Shown in pieces: positions 1-8,218 of a DNA stretch of 18,845 nt. The DNA lies in NCBI GenBank assembly GCA_047495785.1, contig JBLDXI010000136.1, positions 1 to 18,845 on the forward strand, in the 5' to 3' direction. Numbering within the stretch: position 1 is the first letter of the stretch; each line of letters opens with the position of its first letter. The notes beneath the pieces were generated by a model. That model was not told the origin of the DNA. It worked only from the letters and a program-made list of their open reading frames with translations, and ran no database searches. The DNA is from Lepidodermella squamata. Lineage: Eukaryota; Animalia; Gastrotricha. The translations under genes were made by a program, and so were the position numbers.

Positions 1-626
1 TAGTGTCTATTCCTCCAAGCGATAAACAGCCGGTGTTCTATGCGCAATCAGTAGGACGGGCAGGATGCCAGCCCGCGCCGCCAGTTCGAGTAGCCGCCGC
101 GCAAGAATCAGTTCGAGCAGCGCTTGGCAATCGTCGGCAGCAGCGAGACCGGCCGATATCCGATATCCGTCTGTTGTCGACAACAATATTTCTCAATTTG
201 CTCTTAATTTCATGTGTTTGATTGCGTCAAATGTCTGCTGTCAAACTTGCTGTGAAACGGCGCGTTTCTGCTGTAGCCGGTTGCAGAGGATAAGAGTTCG
301 GGTTCGGGGTCATCTGCGGCGTCGGACTTAGGGATTCCAAAATTATGGCGCAAACCTCGTTGACTAGGTAAATCTAGAACTCTTGGTCGAGACTTATTAG
401 ACAACTCTGAATCAACTCCGCTAGGTCAAACGATACGCCGAGCGCGTTGCCGAAGTTGCAGAAGGAGCAAGAATCGCCAACAGCAAGAGTCGCAACTTCA
501 ACCACAACAACAGAAGCAGCAACCACAAAACAACATGCTGATGGCTGTGATGATGCGATTCTTAGCGCAGCGGCTGCTGATCGATAATTCTGAAGTTGTG
601 CTGAGTGCATGCCGCTGCTCAATAGC

Positions 627-676
627 GCCGCCACCGCAGCATCGTTGCGTGCGCCAGTCACCGGCCGTTTTCCCCT
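627..676 (+). repeat. ~50-bp direct repeat, copy 1 (copy 2 at 1872-1920)
   Basis: gccgccaccgcagcatcgttgcgtgcgccagtcaccggccgttttcccct versus gccgccgccgcagcatcggtgcgtgcgccaatcaccggccgtttcccct: 3 substitutions and 1 indel. Confidence 0.85.
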
Positions 677-1359
677 TTCGGTGACTCAGCATTGTGCTTT
701 GAAATTCGTGCGATAAACTGTTGCAGGTTAGGTTGCGCTGCCAAACCTTTTTCCGAACACCATGCCAAGTTCAGGTTTTATCTGGGTCGAAGTCAGAGTT
801 CCTCCAGAAATTGCTGGTTCGGCGTCTCGATAGGGCATAAGCCAGGGTTTCAACTGGTATAGGTTGAGTTCGCCAAATTTGAACTGGCAACTTCGTGTCG
901 CCAACATTTGCCGCAACACCCGGGCGAACCTCGGCACAGCCGAATAGCGAAGACCATGCGAATACCCGGGCGCCGTGCTTGGACACAGCCGCGCCAGTGT
1001 AGACATCGAAAAAGCGAAGGTCGGACCCGACTAACAACCGGCTGTAGTCGTGTAAGGGGTGTAGCGGCTCTTTCGGCTGAAATAATCGCCGGCATTCTTG
1101 AACGGCGCAGGCCAGCGAGGCGATGGCGCAGGTTGCAAGGGTCGCGCGCATTCGCTCTCTTTCGCGCCCCGCTGTGTATAAGCGCGATGCGCGCATGCAA
1201 TTGTTGTTCTCGTTCATTCTCGCTCCCGTTCGCTCCCCTTCCTAGTGCTGGTGTAAACGCGCGTGAAGTTTTGTAAAGGCCGAGAATTATACTGCTGACA
1301 GCCGCGTATTTGAGCAGGCTGTTTTCTGTGTTGAGCAGTCCCAAACATTTCAGTGCCTA

Positions 1360-2060
1360 GTAGGCCTTCAACCTTCGACGCAGCATCAAGCCGTGGTCGT
1401 TGATGACCAGTGACTTGGTTGGCCCGCTCGCGCCATCGGCGCAGCACAGCCTCTTAACCTTCATCGACGCATTCACGAAGTACGCGACCGCCGTCCCGCT
1501 TCGTCCCGCTAAAATGCGAGTTCGAAAGTTCGAAATGCCCGAAGAGTTCATCTCGAACGTCGATGGCGCGGTGATGCAGGCCTTTTGCACCGCACTTAGG
1601 CATTAGGAGACGCCGCACCACTGCCTACAACACGAAGAGCAACTCCGTGCTCGCATGGCATACGACATGCTGTCGTTGCTGAAATTAACCGCTCATGTGG
1701 CACCACATGTCACAGGTAATGTTCGCACGGCTGCGCTGAAGCCACAGGCGTGTCACCGCACGACGCCGCGTTTGTCATGTTCACAAGTTTGTGGCCGGTT
1801 TCGCACACCGGCGATGTCCGCCCAGACACAACTTCGAGCAAAACGCCTCGACAATTTACACAAAATCGTTTGCCGCCGCCGCAGCATCGGTGCGTGCGCC
1901 AATCACCGGCCGTTTCCCCTCGTGCAGCGACCAGTTCTGATCCGCGCTACGACGGACCTTACGTCGTCGTGTGGTACGACAAGGCGAAAAGCAGCATCGC
2001 CGACCCCGCTGATCAGTCCGTTGAAACCATTAACAAACAGCGCCTGATGCGCTTTCTGGC
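1360..2060 (+). mobile_element. Degenerate Ty3/Gypsy LTR-retrotransposon pol remnant (integrase core plus GPY/F C-terminal motif), frameshifted
   Basis: Plus-strand translation gives KPWSLMTSDLVGPLAPS..LLTFIDAFTKYATAVPL..FEMPEEFISN..VMQAFCTAL. After a frameshift near 1598 it reads GIRRRRTTAYNTKSNSV, then SPHDAAF and DPRYDGPYVV...TINKQRLMRF. These match retroviral-type integrase motifs (DxxGP, xIDxFTKY, TTAYHPQSNG) and the Gypsy GPY/F motif. The second catalytic Asp and the Glu appear lost. The GC-richer region 1-1360 may be further decayed gag/pol (e.g. NWYRLSSPNL resembles NYYRRFIPNF) but is not firmly assignable. Confidence 0.8.
1872..1920 (+). repeat. ~50-bp direct repeat, copy 2 (copy 1 at 627-676)
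   Basis: Direct alignment with 627-676; lies between the integrase core and the GPY/F motif. Confidence 0.85.
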
Positions 2061-2223
2061 ATCCGCTCAACATGCAGCATCAGCACCATCACTGATATGA
2101 ACTGACCTCTTCATTTTTCGAACGTGTTTTTTATTCGATACGCCGCGCTTTTATACGGCCGGGTGCATGACCTTGCAGAATTCATCTCTGATTATTCGTT
2201 GGTATGTCCAAGATGTAGTAAAA

Positions 2224-2243
2224 TTTATTGAATCAAGTTTATT
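2224..2243 (-). promoter_or_regulatory. Candidate polyadenylation signals (two AATAAA on the minus strand) for the astacin gene
   Basis: tttatt at 2224-2229 and 2238-2243, about 140-155 nt downstream of the TGA at 2380-2382. Confidence 0.45.
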
Positions 2244-2379
2244 GAAAATAACATCAAACTATTTTTCATCAACCGAGACTTTCATAAAAATTAACCGGGT
2301 TGGAAGGAACGAGTCGAATGTTAACGGATTAAGGACTGGATGCAAGCCTATAAATAAGATCATGTATGTTTGACAATCC

Positions 2380-5195
2380 TCAGCAATAAAGCTGTGAAAT
2401 TTTCAGGTAATCCAGTGGCGTGGGCAGCTTTGAATCGCCAAGTTGCAAAGAATCGCTAGCTCGCGCTCTCATAGTTCTTAGCCCAGCCTGCTTGGCAAAG
2501 GCGCTGCCCGAATAATGCGTTATTGAAGAAATATCATATTTCACTGAAAGAATGCGCTCATCTATTGAAGCAAATGCGACGAAAAACGGTTCCGCAGAAT
2601 CGTCTATGTTTTCCCAGAAAACTTCTATATAACTATCGCGATCTGGCCGCCGGTGCTCATCTGGAATTCCAGCTGTCACCAAAAATGCTAAATAGATGAA
2701 ATAACTTGAAGTAAAGCACGAGTCGTCCGGAAGAACGATTGTTTGCCTGCCGCCCTTCCGACCATAGAAAGATGCTCTACAGGCACCGCCTGGAGTAGAG
2801 CCATTCGCCGATCGCAAGAATTCTACGTAATCCGACTCATTCGCTCGAGGTAAAAGCTTCAGGCAAGTTTTCGAGTTGAAATCACGTAATGAAGACCAAA
2901 TCTTGAGATTTTCCGCCCTTGAAAACAGCTGATCATTCAGGACATAAGGAATTCTAGCGCCTGGCCACAGATCTGGCTTCATCTCTAACGAGGGTTGCGT
3001 TTCTGGATTGTCGATAGTTTCGATGAAGTCGACATTGCCATTGAAAACACTCTTCTTGGGCGAATATGGTACTGAGGCGTCAGATGCTGGAGGGACATCC
3101 TTCCAGTACTGTGTACTGCAGTTGTAGAGGCGAATTATTTTGGCGTAGTCTAGTGGGGTGGCTCCGATTCTGTTTCCAAGAACTGCTGATGCGTTCTCTT
3201 TCGAAACTATGGTTGCTAAAGATCTGCTTTTTGCGAAAGCACTGCCGCTGTAGTGCAACACCGATTGCGAATCGTACGGAACCGACATAACTCTCCAATC
3301 CATGGATTCAAACTTTTGAAAAGATTCCAAGTGGCCGTCGGCGATACTTTGCGATTGAATGGAGACATACTCATCGCGATCCGGCCGCCGATGCTCAGCA
3401 TCCAGCCCGAGTATGTGAAAAATGATCCAGAACAGCAAGGGTCGAGTGAAGCAACTACCAGGATACAGAGTTACGACTTGCCTTCCGCCTATTTTACCAC
3501 TTCTCGCGAAGCATTCACTGGGGGTAAGTTGAAAATACACATAATCGACATCGGCGCTTTGCCGCGGCCGAAATTTGACGCAGGTTTTTGAGTTAACTTC
3601 GGCAATTACGGAGTTGATTGCCGCTTGCTGCTCTTCCGAGAGTTTTGGGTCGAGGACAAAAGGGATGTCACCGTTCTCCCAGATACGAGGTCGAAACGCT
3701 GCACTTCTTGGCAATATCGATTCAGTTATCGGTTTTACGGTTCCAGAGCAATATAAATTAGCAACCTTCTGCCAGTCCGATATTACGGGGCCTTGCAAAT
3801 TTCCGAGCGTTGGCACGGTAGTGGCGTTTGTTTTCGGTTGCATCGTCTTAAGACCCCGTCGTGCGGCAAAAGCGTTTTCACGGTAATGCATCACTGAGCC
3901 GTAGTCATAACGAACAGAGGTAAGCAAGTTGTCCATGGTAGGATACTTGACGAATTGTTCTCTGTAAGCCGGGTCGATGTTTTCGGTCAAAATCGAAATG
4001 AACTGATCCCTGCAAGTTTCGCTAATTTATAAGCATGTTAAATAAAACATCAACTCTCCCGTTACCTGTCAGGTCTCTGGTGTTCATGGAACAGTCCAAC
4101 TGTATGGAGAAGCTCGTGAGAAATGGTGCTTTTATCAAAACAGCTATCGGCCAAATGCACCCGATGCTTGCCGGCATAGAAACCTATCCTTTGCGAGGTG
4201 CAGCCTTCCGCCGTGTGGACGAATTCGACGAAATCAGGTTCGTCATTGCGCCTTCGAAAATTGACACAAGTACGGCGGAACAGATCCTCAAGAATCCGAA
4301 GAAGGAACGATTGCTGCATAACGGAGAAACCAGGCCTTATTACGTAAGGAATTGCCGCTCCAGGCCAAGTTCGGGCTTTTGAGGGAGACTCAACATTTAC
4401 GCTCCTGTTCGAAAGTGTCGTAGTATTCGGGCGGAGATTGCATGATGAGTTGTAGATTTCGATGTCATCGAGCCCCAATTGCCCGTCTCCAGAGTCCAAG
4501 TAAAAAACAACCCTAGCCCGAGATGTGTTGCGGGGGAGTACGATTTGAACGGTTGTAGCTAGCCAGCTCCAAGTCATCGGCCAACGCCCATTTTCTGACC
4601 ATACACTTTGAATCGAAGCATTGTTGAAGAAGTAATATCCGTCGTTGGCGGAATTCTGCCTCTTCACCAAAACAAATGCTCTCATCCGGCCTGGTTCGGA
4701 AGTCATAAGCCGATAGTAATACGAGAAACATAGCGTCTGAGTTGGTCTATTAGTCGCGAAACTAACTTCCGGTGACATGACGTAGATCTTGGCGGGTTTT
4801 CCGACGGAGAGGAACGAGATTTGCATGGTGCTTCTGTCAATACCGCCGTCTGGTATGTTTTCAATCTCGAGACGATAATCGCCGATGGCGCTAGGCCAGT
4901 GTGGCGTCTCTGCTAGGGGGAAGTAGTAATCACCGGTGGAAGAGAGTTCGTTGTCGACCTGCCAGATCCGCCAACCACTGCACCTTTGCTCGCTGTTGTA
5001 ATAATCGAAATCGCAAGCACTTTCCGGATCGCGGCCAGTGGGCGGAAACAAAAGCGAGGCTGGGGCGTAGTACCAGCCTTCGAGGCTGTCTGATTCTCCG
5101 CTGTCGTCATCGAGACGAGTACTTGCGGTTAATTTTTTTACAATTGCCGTAGTGATAATGAGAAAAAACAACAGTTTAAGATTGCAATAATACAT
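2380..5195 (-). CDS. Secreted astacin-family (M12A) zinc metalloprotease: signal peptide + MAM + 3 tandem astacin domains; exons 5195-4066 and 4009-2380, ~919 aa
   Basis: ATG at 5195 (MYYCNLKLLFFLIITTAIV, hydrophobic signal). MAM motifs: CDFD..C.GW, MSP, LCFSYYY, LGLDDIEI...C. Zinc signature HELLHTVGLFHEHQRPDR is joined by a 56-nt GT-AG intron (4065-4010) to DQFISIL, restoring canonical RPDRD. Met-turn YDYGSVMHY. Two further astacin-like repeats (WENGDIPF...LYNC; WPGARIPY...LYC). Joins ORF-track ORFs 4062..5219 and 2380..3990. Confidence 0.93.
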
Positions 5196-5613
5196 TTTCA
5201 GGTGTTTATTAGGCTGCAATATCGTTCCTTATAGGCTGGTGCGAATGTAAAAAAAATAAGAACCTTTCTTCAGATCAGGTACATAGGCATATATTGCTTT
5301 GGAAATAACACGGTCGCCCGCACTGAGCGCGCAATGAGATAAAGTGAAGTGGGTTTTTGATTATATTATTTAACTATTTCTCAACTACTCCTCCTCGCCT
5401 ATCGGCCCAAGAACCAATGCGTGCTACTATTCACTTGTGCCATCGCTCATGTAATTAGATTTTTCTTTATTGCATTGAAAGCTTTTTTGTCCAGCACTTT
5501 AATTTGAATTTGCGACATGTATGTTTTACATGGATGCAAAAAACTGACGTCTCAATTATATCTCTTACAAGTACTTATGACCCGAATGCAGTGAGGACAC
5601 CGTCTAGTAGTAC

Positions 5614-5628
5614 ATATATATATATATA
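5614..5628. repeat. Short (AT)n microsatellite; mirror at 15880-15894
   Basis: atatatatatatata, same length in both arms. Confidence 0.8.
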
Positions 5629-6856
5629 CCGGCGTTTCTGAAAGACCTTATTCTCTAGAGACGCGCGAGGTCATAATTATTGATATATCGTGCGGTAATT
5701 TTTTCCAGTACAAATCTTAATTACTTAATTACTGCAAACTGTGAAAATTGATAATTTTACCTAATAGCTCTTACCTTATAGCCTTAGTATGAAAATACTA
5801 TATTCCGCGCAATAATCATCTCCCAGGGTTTCAACGTTCAGCTTGAGATATTGACCCTAAGGGACATGATTCCCCGGACATCATTGGCTATTAGCACCGA
5901 GCACACTGTTTATCACAATATATTTCAATTTAATTTCGTTTCATTGGATACAATTACTAGTGCGTGTGTTTTTTGGCGGACGCGGCTATGAACTCGTGAC
6001 GCAAGACACGGGGGCGCTTTGGTGACTATTATTGGTATGAGGCCCGTGAATTGCGAAAATAAACCGTCGTCTTCGACTCGAAAAAGAGCGCAACTTTTAC
6101 AATTATCTGAATTACGTTAAACCGAACCGCACGGCCTATTTATCAGATCATCATTCTATACTGCGCCGCGATCGACGAAATTTTTTGCGCAGGGCGACTT
6201 ATTTTTTTTTTAAGTAAACGTCGCTCATGCGCGATTAATGCGCAACGAGACAAAGATCGAGAAACAATCTCCGGAGAGGCAAATTGAATAATGGGATGAA
6301 CGAGAAACTAGATGACATCGGGCCGTGTACTCCCCATATAACCACATGGTCGTTCAGTACTTGGTCGGTTTAAATATTACTCCATTAAAGCAAAATTTAA
6401 ATCTTACTAAAACATGGCGGCTATTCTGCGTTTAACTGGTCGAGATTGGCTATATGTCGCCATGTCCGATCACGCATCGAACTTCAGATCGCAGCGGCGG
6501 ACGCGCGGGCCGTGTCGACGACTATTGAAACGCGCCGCGTTCTAGTATGCTTGGAGGCTGTAAATTTGTAATGCGCAGGCGGCGGGAATGGTAGCCTAAA
6601 CAAATCAGGGGCGTCCGCTAGCCGATTGATTTGCTTTTTTTTTATGACATCGCGAAAGTCAGCCTTCAGCCATTACAACACATTTTGACGTAGTTTGCCC
6701 AAGCTATAACTGGTTTGGCTGTTAGACTGGGACACGTATTTCAGTTTTGGCCAGTTTTTGATTTTTTCCGATATGCTTTTTTCCTAAAACAGTTCAAACG
6801 ACTTTTAGGCAGGGTTCTGACACTTGAGGGCACTTCGAGGGCCCCGTAGCTGCCCA

Positions 6857-6890
6857 CTAGGCCTGAGTGTCTGCCGGTGCGGCCACCGGC
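6857..6890 (-). mobile_element. Possible Helitron-like 3' terminus (GC hairpin + CTAG|T); mirror at 14618-14651 (+)
   Basis: Read on the mirror copy: gccggtg-gccg-caccggc (7-bp stem), 12 nt, then CTAG followed by T. The 5' end was not identified. Confidence 0.3.
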
Positions 6891-8218
6891 CGTGTAGTAC
6901 CTATACGGTTCGATATTTGACAAAAAATACATGAAAAATGTCTTATTATAGCTATCACATTGTAAAGTTACGCACTTTGCATTCTGTACACGGACGTATT
7001 CGAGCAAAAACTCAGATAAGCCGTAAATGGGGGTCTCAAAAAGTGCTCTATTATGCGCTAATCCGAGAACCCGAAAATCTCCTTAAATAACTTAATTTTG
7101 CGTTTTTTGTAATCGAAATTTTCACCAGGGATGATTTAACCGAATCTTTATCTAACTTGAGATTTTTTACTTCTTTTTTTCTTTTCTGCAATAATTTGCT
7201 GAGTTCTCCTTAGTCCTTAGTCAAACATTAAGTTAAATTTTTTGGCCTAATTAAGATGGAATCCGTGTAAAGATTCCAAGGCAGCGAGGCAGTGAGTGTT
7301 TGCAGTGGGTCAATATTACATTTTTAACATCGTCGCAATTCGCGACCCAGCCAAGTCGATTACGAAAACACCGTTATGTTTGTATTTGTTTATATTTGAC
7401 ACGCACGTGTGATTTTCGATTTCAGACTTGCATTCTGCCATATTCTATGTATTATTAACTTGTGCCTCTGATTAATGTTTTACAACCATTGGCCATGCGT
7501 AAAAAGAGCAGCAGAGCACTTTTAGCGGAGAGTGGCCGCCCTCTAATGCGCGCGACACAGTCCTGAAATGCGCGTATGTGATTTCATGCGATTTCAACAA
7601 ATCATGACCTGAATATTGCATAGCGATCTCTCGTATTCGTATCATGCGCGTAGAACATGTTTGGAATGCGTTGCTCTGCACTTCATTGTATAAAAAAACT
7701 TGGCTAGTTTCGTGGGCACTCAAGCTTATCGTTGCTTCCGAGAGCTGGACGTGCAGTATTCAGATGGCTTGGTAGCACTCAATTCGGCCTTATAGCACCT
7801 CTATGAAATAATTCGGGGTGTTTAAATATTATTTCTCACCTGACATATGTTATTTGCATACTCATGAATTTCTTACAACCTCCGCTTATTTTCAGCACCC
7901 CGAGATAAAAGCCGATACTAAATTGTTTAGTTATTCTGACACTTTGGTTGTAGTACCAGCGAATAAAGTCACGCACTTCACGCCTTGCTTCAAAATATTT
8001 GCGCTTATCGGGTAGCCCTATGGGCACGATTGATCAATGCTTATTTAATTGTCAAAAGCGAAAGCCAATTTTGAACGAGTTGTTATCTTTCAATAGGACA
8101 GTTACGGCTATATACTAAACAATTTTCGCCGACTTTCTTTCCTATTTATAGAAATATTTACGTTTGAATGGCTAAAAAGATGGATGTTTTGCTCATGGAA
8201 CCGGAATAATTGAGCTGG

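Noticed and set aside
1-277. 5' LTR of the Gypsy relic
   Set aside because: No matching second copy after the integrase (2100-2380) and no clear TG...CA boundary in the window.
3066-5152. Small ORFs overlapping the astacin gene (3066+, 3080-, 3216-, 3253+, 3575+, 4035+, 4513-, 4901+, 4913-) and their mirrors
   Set aside because: Antisense or off-frame shadows of a well-supported CDS, with no recognisable motifs.
6741-8027. Intergenic ORFs 6741..7007, 7472..7723, 7818..8015, 7836..8027 and their mirrors
   Set aside because: Short, mostly non-ATG starts, no domain similarity or convincing splice structure. They appear twice only because of the palindrome.
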